Shown here: one piece after another, positions 42,433 to 52,532 of the stretch
Numbering within the stretch: the stretch's first letter is position 1
How the letters are laid out: every line of letters starts with the position of its first letter
DNA from: an uncultured Butyricimonas sp.
Lineage (GTDB): Bacteria > Bacteroidota > Bacteroidia > Bacteroidales > Marinifilaceae
DNA length: 64,000 nucleotides
Direction: 5' to 3'
Assembly: GCA_944321845.1 (NCBI GenBank)
Contig: CALUMT010000020.1
Span: 40,888 to 104,887 of the forward strand
The notes under the pieces: model-generated
What the model was told of the DNA's origin: nothing
Databases searched by the model: none
Seen by the model: only the letters and a program-made list of their open reading frames with translations
Position numbers and translations under genes: made by a program

Positions 42433-42470
42433 ACAACAAAACGGTTTAGAGTCAAACACGACTCTAAACC
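42433..42470 (-). terminator. rplL-rpoB intergenic hairpin with U-tract (attenuator-type terminator)
   Basis: Perfect 11-bp stem GGTTTAGAGTC (42443-42453) / GACTCTAAACC (42460-42470). On the minus strand it is followed by GTTTTGTTGTT. The position matches the known partial terminator between rplL and rpoB in other bacteria. Confidence 0.55.
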
Positions 42471-42494
42471 TTTAAAACCTCGTGGTTTTAATTT

Positions 42495-42872
42495 TTATTT
42501 AAGTTCAACCTCAGCTCCAGCCTCTTCTAATTGTGCTTTAAGAGTATTAGCTTCTTCTTTAGAAACTTTTTCTTTCAATGGAGCAGGAGCTTTGTCAACT
42601 AATTCCTTAGCTTCCTTCAATCCAAGGCCTGTCAACTCTTTAACCAACTTAACAATTGCCAATTTAGCAGCACCAGCTGATTTCAAAATAACATCGAATT
42701 CTGTTTGCTCTGCAGCAGCAGCGCCAGCAGCACCAGCAGCAGGAGCAGCTACAGCTACAGCAGCGGCTGCCGGTTCGATTCCATACTCATTCTTTAAAAT
42801 ATCAGCTAATTCTTTTACATCCTTCACGGTAAGGTTTACTAGCTCTTCTGCAAGTTGTTTTAAATCTGCCAT
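42495..42872 (-). CDS. rplL: 50S ribosomal protein L7/L12
   Basis: 125 aa with an Ala-rich hinge and a C-terminal [19 protein letters not shown]. Confidence 0.95.
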   Translation of the reverse strand: MADLKQLAEELVNLTVKDVKELADILKNEYGIEPAAAAVAVAAPAAGAAGAAAAEQTEFDVILKSAGAAKLAIVKLVKELTGLGLKEAKELVDKAPAPLKEKVSKEEANTLKAQLEEAGAEVELK

Positions 42873-42905
42873 TTCTATTAATATTAAATTGTTTATTTAC
42901 TTTAT

Positions 42906-43424
42906 TTATTCTTTTTCTGAAAGTGTTTTTACAACACCAGCAATAGTATTCTGTCCAGACTGCAAAGCTGAAATAACATTCTGCATCGGAGATTGCAACA
43001 TTGCGATAATATCTGCAATCAACTCCTCCTTAGACTTAATACTAATCAACGCTTCAAGTTGGTCTTCACCTATATAAGTGCATTCCTCAACAAAAGCCGC
43101 TTTAAAGACAGGCTTATCTTTTGATTCCCGGAATTGCTTGATCAATTTAGCAGGAGCATTACCCGTATCACACAACATGATTGCGGTATTCCCCTTCAAA
43201 ACTGAAAACAACTCCTCGTAATTCCCTTCAGCATGCTCTAAAGCCTTCTTTAACAAAGTGTTCTTAACCTGTATAAGCTTAATATTAGCATCGAAACAAG
43301 CTCTACGCAAAGCCTGAGAATCAGCTGCATCGAGACCCTCGATATCACTAACATATAAATGCTTATACTTGTTAACTTGCTCTGTTAAGTTTTCTATCAC
43401 GATTTTCTTATCTTCCTTTTTCAT
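42906..43424 (-). CDS. rplJ: 50S ribosomal protein L10
   Basis: 172 aa, positioned between rplA and rplL, with an L10-like sequence. Confidence 0.9.
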   Translation of the reverse strand: MKKEDKKIVIENLTEQVNKYKHLYVSDIEGLDAADSQALRRACFDANIKLIQVKNTLLKKALEHAEGNYEELFSVLKGNTAIMLCDTGNAPAKLIKQFRESKDKPVFKAAFVEECTYIGEDQLEALISIKSKEELIADIIAMLQSPMQNVISALQSGQNTIAGVVKTLSEKE

Positions 43425-43449
43425 ACACTAAAGCCCTTTTAGATTAAAA

Positions 43450-44145
43450 TTAATCAAGCAATGACTTTAAATCTACTTGAAGACCTGGACTCATCGTACT
43501 GGACAAGTATACACTCTTAATGTAAGTTCCCTTAGCTGAAGACGGTTTCAATTTATTGATCACGTTCAAGAATTCACGTGCATTCTCCAAAATCTTTACC
43601 GCATCAAAAGAAACTTTACCTATAGAGGTATGAACAATACCAAATTTGTCCACCTTAAAGTCGATTTTACCTTGTTTAACCTCAGTCACAGCTTTACCGA
43701 TTTCCATCGTGACAGTACCGCTTTTGGGGTTTGGCATCAATCCACGGGGACCCAAAATTCTACCAAGAGCACCTACTTTACCCATCACAGAAGGCATTGT
43801 AATAATAATATCGATATCGGTCCAACCACCTTTCAATTTCTCGATATATTCATCCAAGCCCACGTAATCAGCACCAGCAGCTTTAGCCTCTTCCACCTTA
43901 TCCGGTGTACACAAAACCAAAACTCTTACTTGTTTACCGGTACCGTGAGGTAAGGTACAAACGCCGCGCACCATCTGATTAGCTTTACGCGGATCCACTC
44001 CCAGTCGAACGTCTAGGTCAACTGACGCATCGAACTTCGTGAAAGTAATCTCTTTCACAAGCTGTGCAGCCTCGTCGATAGAATAAACTTTTCCATCTTC
44101 GATCTTCGCCAAAGCTAATTTTTTATTTTTTGTCAGTTTACTCAT
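43450..44145 (-). CDS. rplA: 50S ribosomal protein L1
   Basis: 231 aa with LPHGTGK and [11 protein letters not shown]. Confidence 0.95.
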   Translation of the reverse strand: MSKLTKNKKLALAKIEDGKVYSIDEAAQLVKEITFTKFDASVDLDVRLGVDPRKANQMVRGVCTLPHGTGKQVRVLVLCTPDKVEEAKAAGADYVGLDEYIEKLKGGWTDIDIIITMPSVMGKVGALGRILGPRGLMPNPKSGTVTMEIGKAVTEVKQGKIDFKVDKFGIVHTSIGKVSFDAVKILENAREFLNVINKLKPSSAKGTYIKSVYLSSTMSPGLQVDLKSLLD

Positions 44146-44169
44146 TACGTTTGAAGTGTTACAAGTTCA

Positions 44170-44607
44170 TTAAAAAGGTCTTTCACCACTTACGGTTATA
44201 CCCATACTTCTAGCCGTACCGGCCACCATACTCATTGCCTTCTCGATTTCAAAAGCATTCAAATCTTTCATCTTCGTTTCTGCAATAGTCTTCACTTGAT
44301 CCCAAGTGATAGAAGCCACTTTCTTACGGTTAGGCTCTGCAGATCCTGATTTAAGTTTGGCCACTTCCAAAAGCTGAACAGCAACAGGCGGTTGTTTCGT
44401 GATAAAATCAAAAGACTTATCACCATACACCTGAATAATTACCGGAATAATTTTTCCTGCTTGATCCTGGGTTCTGGCATTAAATTGCTTACAGAAGTCC
44501 ATGATGTTTACTCCCTTGGAACCTAACGCGGGTCCGACTGGAGGAGAAGGATTAGCTGCTCCGGCCTTAATTTGTAGCTTAATTAAAGCTTCAACTTGTT
44601 TTGCCAT
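44170..44607 (-). CDS. rplK: 50S ribosomal protein L11
   Basis: 145 aa with [15 protein letters not shown]. Confidence 0.95.
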   Translation of the reverse strand: MAKQVEALIKLQIKAGAANPSPPVGPALGSKGVNIMDFCKQFNARTQDQAGKIIPVIIQVYGDKSFDFITKQPPVAVQLLEVAKLKSGSAEPNRKKVASITWDQVKTIAETKMKDLNAFEIEKAMSMVAGTARSMGITVSGERPF

Positions 44608-44630
44608 GATAGTCTCTAAATCTAATTATT

Positions 44631-45179
44631 TTATTCTTTCTCTACCTGCATGAAACTTAATTCAAGGGGTGTCTTACGTCCAAAAATCTTTACAATAACT
44701 TTCAAACGCTTCTTTTCAGAATTCACCTCCTCTATCACGCCGGCAAATCCATTAAAAGGTCCATCGGTAACTTTTACCGACTCGCCCACGAAATAAGGAA
44801 CACTTATTTCTTCTGGCTGTTCCGCAAGCTCATCCACCGCACCAAGAATCCGATTCACCTCTGCCTGACGCATCGGTACGGGGTCGCCTCCCTTGGTTTC
44901 CCCCAGGAAGCCAATCACGTTCGTGATATCACGAAGCATGTGAGGGATTTCTCCAACTAAAGCAGCCTCTATCAGCACGTATCCCGGGTAAAGGTTTCGC
45001 TCACTGCTATACTTTTTCCCGTTCCGTACCTGATAGACCTTCTCTACAGGGACAAGGACTTGAGAAACATAATCTTGAAGCCCTAAACTGGCGATTTCAC
45101 TCTCAATGTACTCCTTCACCTTCTTCTCCTTACCGCCAACAGTACGAAGCACATACCATCTTTTCTTAATTTCAGCCAT
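44631..45179 (-). CDS. nusG: Transcription termination/antitermination protein NusG
   Basis: 182 aa with an NGN domain ([16 protein letters not shown]) and a KOW domain ([18 protein letters not shown]). Confidence 0.95.
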   Translation of the reverse strand: MAEIKKRWYVLRTVGGKEKKVKEYIESEIASLGLQDYVSQVLVPVEKVYQVRNGKKYSSERNLYPGYVLIEAALVGEIPHMLRDITNVIGFLGETKGGDPVPMRQAEVNRILGAVDELAEQPEEISVPYFVGESVKVTDGPFNGFAGVIEEVNSEKKRLKVIVKIFGRKTPLELSFMQVEKE

Positions 45180-45200
45180 GTATCAGACCTCCCAAGATTA

Positions 45201-45392
45201 TTAATAAAACAAATTATATATACCGGTCATAATGTGTCTGAACGAAAAATCCATCGCGAAAATACAAAGAGCGATAATGACGGAAGCAATCATTACGATA
45301 GTTGCACTACTTTGGAGTTCAGACCATGTAGGCCAAGTTACTTTATTCACCAACTCGTTATAAACGTCAGCAAGATAGCTTTTAATCTTCAT
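45201..45392 (-). CDS. secE: Preprotein translocase subunit SecE
   Basis: 63 aa starting from the ATG at 45392 (MKIKSYLADVYNELVNKVTWPTW...) with a single TM helix. The longer track ORF (to 45413) would overlap the tRNA. Confidence 0.85.
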   Translation of the reverse strand: MKIKSYLADVYNELVNKVTWPTWSELQSSATIVMIASVIIALCIFAMDFSFRHIMTGIYNLFY

Positions 45393-45410
45393 TTGTATAT
45401 CATTTAATTG

Positions 45411-45483
45411 CACGGGAGGAGAGGTTCGAACTCCCGACCCTCGGTTTTGGAGACCGATGCTCTACCAACTGAGCCACTCCCGT
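45411..45483 (-). tRNA. trnW: tRNA-Trp (anticodon CCA)
   Basis: The minus strand reads ACGGGAGTGGCTCAGTTGGTAGAGCATCGGTCTCCAAAACCGAGGGTCGGGAGTTCGAACCTCTCCTCCCGTG. It has a 7-bp acceptor stem, a CU-CCA-AA anticodon loop and a GTTCGAA T-loop. No CCA tail is encoded. Confidence 0.95.
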
Positions 45484-45518
45484 ATGAAGAGTTGGCCGAA
45501 GCCAACTCTCGTATAGAT

Positions 45519-46706
45519 TTAGTCTAAGATTTCAGTAATCTGACCGGCACCAACGGTTCTACCACCCTCACGGATAGCGAAACGAAGACCCTTGTCACAA
45601 GCTACCGGGTTGATCAATTCAACGGTAATAGTCAAGTTATCTCCCGGCATTACCATCTCACGTCCTTCCGGCAAAGTGATCTCTCCGGTAACGTCCAAAG
45701 TACGGATATAGAACTGAGGTCTGTATCTGTTGTGGAACGGAGTATGACGACCACCTTCTTCTTTCTTCAAGATATAAACCTCAGCCTTGAATTTAGCATG
45801 CGGTTTAACAGAACCCGGTTTTGCCAATACCATACCACGTTTGATTTCGTTCTTATCGATACCACGAAGCAACAAACCAACGTTATCACCAGCCTCTCCG
45901 TCATCCAGGATCTTACGGAACATCTCAACTCCGGTACATACAGTCTTCTTACCGTCTGCACCCAAACCGATAATTTCCAACTCGTCACCTACATGAACAC
46001 AACCTGTCTCGATACGACCAGTAGCAACAGTACCACGACCGGTAATAGAGAACACGTCTTCAACAGGCATCAAGAACGGTTTATCTTTTGCACGTTGCGG
46101 AAGCTCGATCCAATTATCAACAGCATCCATCAACTCCATAACCTTCTCTTCCCATTTCGGCTCTCCGTTCAATGCACCAAGAGCAGAACCCAAGATAATA
46201 GGAGTATTGTCACCATCATATCCGTAGAATGACAACAACTCACGTACTTCCATCTCAACCAACTCCAACATCTCTGGGTCATCAACCATATCCACCTTGT
46301 TCAAGAACACAACGATTCTCGGAACGTTTACCTGACGAGCCAACAAGATGTGCTCACGAGTCTGAGGCATCGGACCATCAGTAGCGGCAACAACCAAAAT
46401 AGCACCGTCCATCTGAGCAGCACCAGTAACCATGTTCTTCACGTAGTCGGCGTGCCCCGGGCAGTCAACGTGTGCATAGTGACGAGTTGCAGTCTGATAC
46501 TCTACGTGTGAAGTATTGATAGTAATACCTCTTTCCTTTTCTTCCGGAGCGTTATCGATAGAATCGAAAGAACGTAACTCAGAAAGACCTTTTTTTGCCA
46601 ACACAGTCGTGATAGCTGCAGTCAAAGTAGTTTTACCGTGGTCAACGTGACCAATAGTTCCGATATTTACGTGTGGTTTGGATCGGTCAAAATGTTCTTT
46701 TGCCAT
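45519..46706 (-). CDS. tuf: Elongation factor Tu
   Basis: 395 aa with [18 protein letters not shown] and NKVD. Confidence 0.98.
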   Translation of the reverse strand: MAKEHFDRSKPHVNIGTIGHVDHGKTTLTAAITTVLAKKGLSELRSFDSIDNAPEEKERGITINTSHVEYQTATRHYAHVDCPGHADYVKNMVTGAAQMDGAILVVAATDGPMPQTREHILLARQVNVPRIVVFLNKVDMVDDPEMLELVEMEVRELLSFYGYDGDNTPIILGSALGALNGEPKWEEKVMELMDAVDNWIELPQRAKDKPFLMPVEDVFSITGRGTVATGRIETGCVHVGDELEIIGLGADGKKTVCTGVEMFRKILDDGEAGDNVGLLLRGIDKNEIKRGMVLAKPGSVKPHAKFKAEVYILKKEEGGRHTPFHNRYRPQFYIRTLDVTGEITLPEGREMVMPGDNLTITVELINPVACDKGLRFAIREGGRTVGAGQITEILD

Positions 46707-46827
46707 AATACTAAAACAATTTTATCATTAAACAATTTATCACAAAGCCTATATATTCACAAGCAAACCCCATGCCTCTCAATGACTTACCAAATCAACA
46801 GCACGGAATCCCTGCCTTTTCGGCTTG

Positions 46828-46843
46828 CAAATGTACAAATTTA
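46828..46843 (-). promoter_or_regulatory. Two adjacent -7-type boxes (TACATTTG and TAAATTTG) upstream of tuf
   Basis: The plus strand reads caaatgta (46828-46835) and caaattta (46836-46843), both matching TAnnTTTG on the minus strand. They lie about 120-135 nt upstream of the tuf ATG. Confidence 0.35.
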
Positions 46844-46877
46844 AAAATATATCTCACAAGAAATGAGAATATTTTTC

Positions 46878-47174
46878 TTAGTTTTCTCTTTTCTCTTTAG
46901 CTTTTACAAGTTGTCTTTTCAACACATCATAAAGCTCATCCACCGTTTCCTCGAAAGTTTTCGCGTTCTTCTTGGCAAAAACATCCTGCCCTTTCACGTC
47001 CACGTGCACTTCCGTCATCTTATTTTCGAGATTATCATCCTTCTCCAGCTTCAAGGTAACATTGATAGCCATTATACCATCATGATATTTTTCCAGTTTA
47101 GAGAATTTCTTGTTAATGAATTCTTCCAACACCGGATTCACTGAAAAACCAACAGGATTAATTCTAATTTCCAT
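46878..47174 (-). CDS. hpf: Ribosome hibernation promoting factor / RaiA family protein
   Basis: 98 aa with the typical short-HPF pattern (I.I.....F.V...L..FI..K..KLEK). Confidence 0.8.
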   Translation of the reverse strand: MEIRINPVGFSVNPVLEEFINKKFSKLEKYHDGIMAINVTLKLEKDDNLENKMTEVHVDVKGQDVFAKKNAKTFEETVDELYDVLKRQLVKAKEKREN

Positions 47175-47192
47175 AATATTTCCTCCTATAAT

Positions 47193-48095
47193 TTAGGCTC
47201 TGGGGTGAGCTTGGTTAAAAATTTTCTTCATCCTCTCCACCGTGTTATGCGCGTACACCTGGGTTGTACCCACGCTGGCATGCCCCAGCAAGTCCTTTAT
47301 CCCTTCAATCGACGCACCATTATTCAACAAGTGCGTGGCGAATGTATGACGCAACACGTGTGGACTCCTTCGCTCCAGACTGACATCATCTGCCAGCACC
47401 TTTCGCACCAAACGGTACACGAACTGCCCGTAAATCGGTCGTCCCTTATCTGTCACAAAAAAAATGTCGTGCTGTCCTCCCACCAACTCCTCTCGCATCT
47501 CCAAATAAACCTGCACCTCCTGCGCCAACTCTCTCAGCATCGGGATTTCCCGTTCCTTATCTCCCTTACCCAACACGCGCAGGCAAGAGCGATGAAAATC
47601 AAAATCTCGAACCCTCAACCCCAACAATTCGGAGCGACGCACTCCCGTCTCGTAGATAAGCAAGATGATCAACCTATCCCTTAATCCGGAGAAACCACCT
47701 ACACCTTCCATCTCCTCCAGGACGTCTCCCATCACATCCTCCCGCACAAAGACAGGCAAACGCTTGTTCACTTTTGGTCCTGTCAGGTTTTCCACCGGGT
47801 TATTCTCGACAACACCTTTTTTTTCCAAAAATCGAAAGAACGCTCTCAAACTACTCAACTTGCGTTTTCCAGACGCCGCACTAAGGCCCGACTCTCCACC
47901 CCTCTTCGCCCGCATCTCCATCGCCAACCATGCCCGGACATCTTTTATCGTGATTTTCGCCAACTCCACATCATCCCCCCCTATTTTACAAAATTCACAG
48001 AACTGCCGCACATCTACCACGTAGGCGATAACAGTATGCTTTGAATACTGCCGCTCTTTCAACAGATAATCTGCAAATTCATCTACACGACACAT
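47193..48095 (-). CDS. xerC-like: Tyrosine recombinase, XerC/XerD family
   Basis: 300 aa with an N-terminal SAM-like domain and catalytic residues (R in GVRRSEL, HVLRHTFATHLL, LGHASVGTTQVYAH). It lies between rpsU and hpf. Confidence 0.8.
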   Translation of the reverse strand: MCRVDEFADYLLKERQYSKHTVIAYVVDVRQFCEFCKIGGDDVELAKITIKDVRAWLAMEMRAKRGGESGLSAASGKRKLSSLRAFFRFLEKKGVVENNPVENLTGPKVNKRLPVFVREDVMGDVLEEMEGVGGFSGLRDRLIILLIYETGVRRSELLGLRVRDFDFHRSCLRVLGKGDKEREIPMLRELAQEVQVYLEMREELVGGQHDIFFVTDKGRPIYGQFVYRLVRKVLADDVSLERRSPHVLRHTFATHLLNNGASIEGIKDLLGHASVGTTQVYAHNTVERMKKIFNQAHPRA

Positions 48096-48129
48096 TCATT
48101 ACCGATGGGCTAAATTTACTCCGCAAATG

Positions 48130-48321
48130 TTATTCTTCTGCCTGAAGCAAAGATTGACGATAGATAGCCTTCATGCGAGCCATTCTGTTTTTCACGGATG
48201 GCTTGGTGAAAGCTTGACGATCTCTCAATTCTTTAATAACGCCTGTTTTCTCAAATTTTCTTTTAAATTTTTTCAAGGCTCTCTCTATATTCTCGCCTTC
48301 TTTTAATGGTACAATTATCAT
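48130..48321 (-). CDS. rpsU: 30S ribosomal protein S21
   Basis: 63 aa with ALKKFKRKFEKTGV..ELR.R..F.KPS. Confidence 0.92.
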   Translation of the reverse strand: MIIVPLKEGENIERALKKFKRKFEKTGVIKELRDRQAFTKPSVKNRMARMKAIYRQSLLQAEE

Positions 48322-48546
48322 GATTCTAGATTTTTAATTTTAATAAAAACAATATACTTCAAGACACATAAGATTTCTATGATTTAAGCACATTCTTTCA
48401 CTCTATCTCAAAAATAATTGTCACCCCCTTTCAAGCGTTTTTGCATGATTAATTAAATTACTATTGAACGGCAAAGATAGAGCAATTTATTGAATAAAAA
48501 AAATCCCTGCCGACATTTCACATATTTTCCAAACGAACCCGCGGAT

Positions 48547-48822
48547 TCACGGGTTCAGCAAGTCCTTACAATAATAATTCAAAATCCCGTTTATCATCTG
48601 CACATAGGTGCGAGCCTTGGTGTTTTCCGGGTTTATTCGCAGCACTTCATTCAAGCAATTCAAAGCCTTGGTCGTGTCTGCCATACTATTATATAACACA
48701 CCCAATTCCAACAAAACCTCTTCTCTATTTCCTCCCCCCTCATCCAACATTCGAGACAAAATATCAATAGCCTCTTGTCTTCGGCCACTTTTGGCCATCT
48801 GCCTAATTTCCTCTACTGTCAT
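48547..48822 (-). CDS. Small tetratricopeptide-repeat protein
   Basis: 91 aa from the ATG at 48822 (the track start at 48825 is GTG). It has TPR-like helices (LELGVLYNSMADTTKALNCLNEVLRINPEN). A -7 box TATCTTTG lies on the minus strand at 48863-48870. Confidence 0.65.
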   Translation of the reverse strand: MTVEEIRQMAKSGRRQEAIDILSRMLDEGGGNREEVLLELGVLYNSMADTTKALNCLNEVLRINPENTKARTYVQMINGILNYYCKDLLNP

Positions 48823-48983
48823 CACATTTCCTGGTTTCTATACACATTACATTAATCAGCGACAAAGATATGAAAAAGTCTATACTACTCACCTCAACTT
48901 CCCCCAAAATTCACCTCCCCATCATCCTCACGAGAATTTTCCAGCACCTCCACGACCATTCATCATCGGGGATTTCTGCATGG

Positions 48984-49016
48984 TGAACCGTTCCTGAACC
49001 GTTCCTGAACCGTTCC
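48984..49016. repeat. Perfect tandem repeat, 3 x 11 bp (TGAACCGTTCC)
   Basis: Units are at 48984-48994, 48995-49005 and 49006-49016. Each contains the odd palindrome GAAC-C-GTTC. The array is in the divergent intergenic region between the TPR gene and the zapA operon. Confidence 0.95.
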
Positions 49017-49143
49017 AAAGAAGACTATGTGGTATAGTTATGAAGAAGTTACAATATTCATTATTCGACCAAGCTAAAAAAACAGGAATATTCTTCTTTT
49101 TTCAAGATTTTATTCATACCTTCGCAGTACAAACATACAAGAT

Positions 49144-49434
49144 ATGTTGACAGACAAAAACACGGTTATTGACGAGTTAAAAAAGAAGGTTGAACATTTA
49201 ATAACACAATATATAACCTCATTGGAGCGGAATCGAGCATTACAAGACGAAAACAAGGTTGTGAGGGCAAAACTCGAGGAAGTGAAACATGAGAACAGAG
49301 AATTAAAAGATAAGATCAAGACATTGAAAGCCGCGAAAGGTTTTTCCGAGGGAGAATACAGTGCAGACGCGAAAAACAAAATAAATCGGCTGGTGCGGGA
49401 GATTGACAAATGCATTGCTCTTTTAAATAATTAA
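49144..49434 (+). CDS. Coiled-coil hypothetical protein preceding zapA (ZapB-like in character only)
   Basis: 96 aa, charged, with heptad periodicity (LERNRALQDENKVVRAKLEEVKHENRELKDKIKTLK). It ends 1 nt before zapA. Confidence 0.6.
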   Translation: MLTDKNTVIDELKKKVEHLITQYITSLERNRALQDENKVVRAKLEEVKHENRELKDKIKTLKAAKGFSEGEYSADAKNKINRLVREIDKCIALLNN

Positions 49435-49435
49435 T

Positions 49436-49723
49436 ATGGATGACGAACTATCTATTAGTCTCACGATCGCAGGGATAAAACTATCCTTTCCCATTCAGCC
49501 CGAGAAGGAAGAGGTGTACCGGGATGCGGCCAAGTTGATTAATAGTCGGATTATGAAATACAAAGGGAGATACTCACAAGTTGATCCCATCACTTTTCTA
49601 GTAACAGTTGCCATGGAAAACACGGTAAAGTTGCTGGAACTGGAAAAACAAAATGATGTAGGGCCAGTGTTGGAAGAGATTGAGAAATTGAGCAGACAGA
49701 TTGAACTGGTCACGAAAGAGTAA
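49436..49723 (+). CDS. zapA: Cell division protein ZapA
   Basis: 95 aa with MDDELSISLTIAGIKLSFPIQPEKEEVYRDAAKLIN, the Bacteroidota ZapA pattern. It lies upstream of rny. Confidence 0.7.
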   Translation: MDDELSISLTIAGIKLSFPIQPEKEEVYRDAAKLINSRIMKYKGRYSQVDPITFLVTVAMENTVKLLELEKQNDVGPVLEEIEKLSRQIELVTKE

Positions 49724-49757
49724 AATAAAAAGCGTTCTTTGAATTAGAAATAGATAT

Positions 49758-49940
49758 ACCCGCATTATTTCGAATTAAGTGGAAAACTCAACACTAAAAC
49801 AATTAGAGTGAAGCTTTGTTAGCCGAAAACAGGCCTCAACCCTTTACAGGGTTTCCTTCGGGGACGGTGGAAGTTTGAATCTGACGGCAGCTCTACCCAT
49901 GTCTAACAGGGGTTTTAACAAGGAATAATGCGGGTTTTTT
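49758..49940 (+). ncRNA. Candidate structured sRNA of about 183 nt (possibly 6S/SsrS-like)
   Basis: ACCCGCATTATT (49758-49769) is perfectly complementary to AATAATGCGGGT (49924-49935), which is followed directly by TTTTT through 49940. Internal hairpins include ACCCTttacAGGGT and CCttcgGG. The candidate lies in a 259-nt spacer between the co-oriented zapA and rny. Confidence 0.4.
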
Positions 49941-49982
49941 ATTGGAAATTACTTATTTATAATATATAAAACAAAACTAATT

Positions 49983-51524
49983 ATGAGTTACACAACTATA
50001 ATAATTCTATGTGTCATTGCCTTATTGATAGGTATTGCTATCGGTTATTTTATGATAACACTAACCTTGAAATATCGCAGCAAAAATATCATCAAAGAAG
50101 CCGAAGCCGAAGCGGAAGTCATAAAGAAGGATAAAATCCTGCAGGCAAAAGAAAAATTCTTACAAATAAAAGCTGAGCATGAAAAACAAGTGAATGCCCG
50201 CAACAATAAAATCCTTTTGGCCGAAAATAAATTAAAACAAAAAGACGCAGAACTCGGCCGGAAAATGGAGGAATGTCAACGAAAAACCAAGGATGCAGAA
50301 AATCAATTGGAACAATTGAACTCACAAAAAGAATTATGGGAGAAAAAGCATCTTGAACTGGAGAAGTTGAAGAAACAACAGATTGAGCAATTAGAGACGA
50401 TATCCGGCATGTCTGCAGACCAGGCTAAGGAAAAGTTAATCAATTCCTTAAAAGAAGAGGCAGAAACCGAGGCCATGTCGTACGTGAATGAAATCATGGA
50501 GGAGGCCAAGATGACCGCCAACATGGAAGCCAAAAAGATTGTGGTAAAAACCATTCAACGTGTTGCCACGGAAACCGCCACGGAAAATGCCGTTTCCATC
50601 TTCCATATCGATTCTGATGAAATCAAAGGAAGAATTATCGGTAGAGAAGGACGGAACATTCGGGCATTGGAAGCAGCCACGGGAGTTGAAATCATTGTTG
50701 ATGATACCCCGGAAGCAATTGTATTGTCAGGATTCGACCCGGTTCGTCGGGAAATCGCGAGACTCTCATTGCATCAGCTTGTAACTGACGGACGTATCCA
50801 CCCCGCCCGTATTGAAGAAGTGGTAAATAAAGTGAAAAAACAGGTTGAAGAGGAAATCATCGAAACAGGGAAACGCACGACCATTGACCTGGGAATACAT
50901 GGCTTGCATCCAGAATTAATCCGGTTAGTGGGAAAAATGAAATATCGTTCTTCATATGGACAAAACCTGCTGCAGCATGCCCGCGAAACAGCCAATCTAT
51001 GCGCGATTATGGCGGCAGAACTGGGCTTAAACGTCAAGAAGGCAAAACGAGCAGGACTTTTACACGATATCGGTAAAGTACCCGACGATGAGCCGGAATT
51101 ACCACACGCAATACTGGGTATGCGATTGGCCGAAAAGTACAAGGAAAAACCGGATATCTGTAATGCTATCGGAGCTCACCACGAGGAAATTGAAATGACA
51201 ACATTACTGGCCCCCATCGTTCAAGCATGTGATGCCATTTCAGGAGCACGTCCCGGAGCTAGACGCGAAGTGGTTGAATCCTATATCAAACGCTTGAAGG
51301 AAATGGAAGATTTAGCACTATCATACAATGGAGTTGTTAAAACCTATGCCATCCAGGCCGGACGAGAATTAAGAGTGGTTGTTGGAAGTGAGAAAGTATC
51401 CGATGCGGAGGCAGAAAAGATATCCTACGAGATAGCCAAGAAGATACAGGATGAAATGACGTATCCTGGACAAGTGAAAGTAACCGTAATTCGAGAAACA
51501 AGAGCCATCAATTACGCGAAATAA
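49983..51524 (+). CDS. rny: Ribonuclease Y
   Basis: 513 aa with an N-terminal TM helix, a coiled coil, a KH domain ([13 protein letters not shown]) and an HD domain (LLHDIGK). Confidence 0.92.
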   Translation: MSYTTIIILCVIALLIGIAIGYFMITLTLKYRSKNIIKEAEAEAEVIKKDKILQAKEKFLQIKAEHEKQVNARNNKILLAENKLKQKDAELGRKMEECQRKTKDAENQLEQLNSQKELWEKKHLELEKLKKQQIEQLETISGMSADQAKEKLINSLKEEAETEAMSYVNEIMEEAKMTANMEAKKIVVKTIQRVATETATENAVSIFHIDSDEIKGRIIGREGRNIRALEAATGVEIIVDDTPEAIVLSGFDPVRREIARLSLHQLVTDGRIHPARIEEVVNKVKKQVEEEIIETGKRTTIDLGIHGLHPELIRLVGKMKYRSSYGQNLLQHARETANLCAIMAAELGLNVKKAKRAGLLHDIGKVPDDEPELPHAILGMRLAEKYKEKPDICNAIGAHHEEIEMTTLLAPIVQACDAISGARPGARREVVESYIKRLKEMEDLALSYNGVVKTYAIQAGRELRVVVGSEKVSDAEAEKISYEIAKKIQDEMTYPGQVKVTVIRETRAINYAK

Positions 51525-51529
51525 ACTAT

Positions 51530-51554
51530 AAAGACCTCCTCTAGGGAGGTCTTT
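51530..51554 (+). terminator. Hairpin after rny
   Basis: Perfect 10-bp stem AAAGACCTCC / GGAGGTCTTT with a 5-nt loop. The T-tract is weak. Confidence 0.45.
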
Positions 51555-51647
51555 GTCATAGGATAACATGCCAGAAGTAACAAAGTTTACCATTATTCAT
51601 TCTTTATCCATAAAAATCAACCACTTATCATTTTGATCATTCAGAAA

Positions 51648-52526
51648 ATGGAAACAATAAAGACATCTGAATTAATCACCAACGACGACGGGTCAATCTT
51701 CCACCTACATCTAACCCCGGAAGAACTCGCTTCTAAAATCATACTGGTCGGAGACCCCGGACGAGTGAATACAGTCGCCTCCCACTTGGACTCAATCGAA
51801 ATTGAACGAGAAAACAGAGAGTTCCACACAATCACGGGACGTTATCATAAAGAACGGATCTCTATTATCTCCACGGGAATTGGTCCTGACAACATCGATA
51901 TCGTTTTAAACGAATTAGATGCACTTGCCAATATCAATTTAAAAAGCAAACAAATCAATTCAGAGCACAAGAGTCTGCAAATTATTCGTATCGGCACTTG
52001 CGGCTCCGTACAGGCAGAGGTCCCTGTTAATTCATTTGTCATATCCGCCGCCAGCATCGGTATTGACGGGGTATTGCGCTTTTACAAGGATCACGAACGA
52101 GTATGCGACGTGGCCATGGAAGAGGCATTCATCCAACACTGCCAATGGACCAACAAAACTGCCCGACCTTATGCAGTAAGAGCCTCTGAAGAACTAGTTG
52201 GCAAATTGCACAAACCAGGTATCACGGTTAAAGGGATAACACTTACAGCACCAGGATTCTATGGGCCACAAGGCAGAGTTTTACGTTTGCCCATCGAAAT
52301 GCCGAACGTGAATGCAAGAATAAACACGTTCAAGCATGGAGATCTTCCCTTGATTAACTATGAAATGGAAAGTGCTCCCATAGCAGGATTAGCAGCTTTA
52401 ATGGGACATCAGGCAACAACGATTTGCCTTGTCATCGCCAATCGGCAAACAGGCGAAGCCAATCCCGATTATCACGCACACATGAAACAATTAATAGAAT
52501 ACACCTTAAATACCCTTATAAATTAA
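51648..52526 (+). CDS. Nucleoside phosphorylase (PNP/UDP family 1)
   Basis: 292 aa from the ATG at 51648 (the track start at 51633 is TTG). It has VGDPGRV, ISTGIGPDNIDIVLNEL, RIGTCGS and YEMES. Confidence 0.75.
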   Translation: METIKTSELITNDDGSIFHLHLTPEELASKIILVGDPGRVNTVASHLDSIEIERENREFHTITGRYHKERISIISTGIGPDNIDIVLNELDALANINLKSKQINSEHKSLQIIRIGTCGSVQAEVPVNSFVISAASIGIDGVLRFYKDHERVCDVAMEEAFIQHCQWTNKTARPYAVRASEELVGKLHKPGITVKGITLTAPGFYGPQGRVLRLPIEMPNVNARINTFKHGDLPLINYEMESAPIAGLAALMGHQATTICLVIANRQTGEANPDYHAHMKQLIEYTLNTLIN

Positions 52527-52532
52527 ACAACC

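Noticed and set aside
45484-45518. The hairpin AGAGTTGGC-cgaa-GCCAACTCT between tuf and tRNA-Trp, considered as a separate regulatory element.
   Set aside because: It is most simply a processing or termination stem between the tuf mRNA and the downstream tRNA. It has no U-tract and nothing unusual about its position.
47193-48095. The tyrosine recombinase, considered as the integrase of a mobile element or an inverton recombinase.
   Set aside because: It is embedded in the housekeeping string rpsU / recombinase / hpf / tuf. It has no flanking repeats, no att-like sequence and no composition change, and the only tRNA nearby is on the far side of tuf. It fits a chromosomal XerC/D-type recombinase.
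48608-48997. A 129-aa plus-strand ORF spanning the TPR gene (antisense) and the intergenic region.
   Set aside because: Most of it is antisense to a better-supported TPR ORF. The remainder is C-rich, low-complexity intergenic sequence that terminates inside the tandem repeat.
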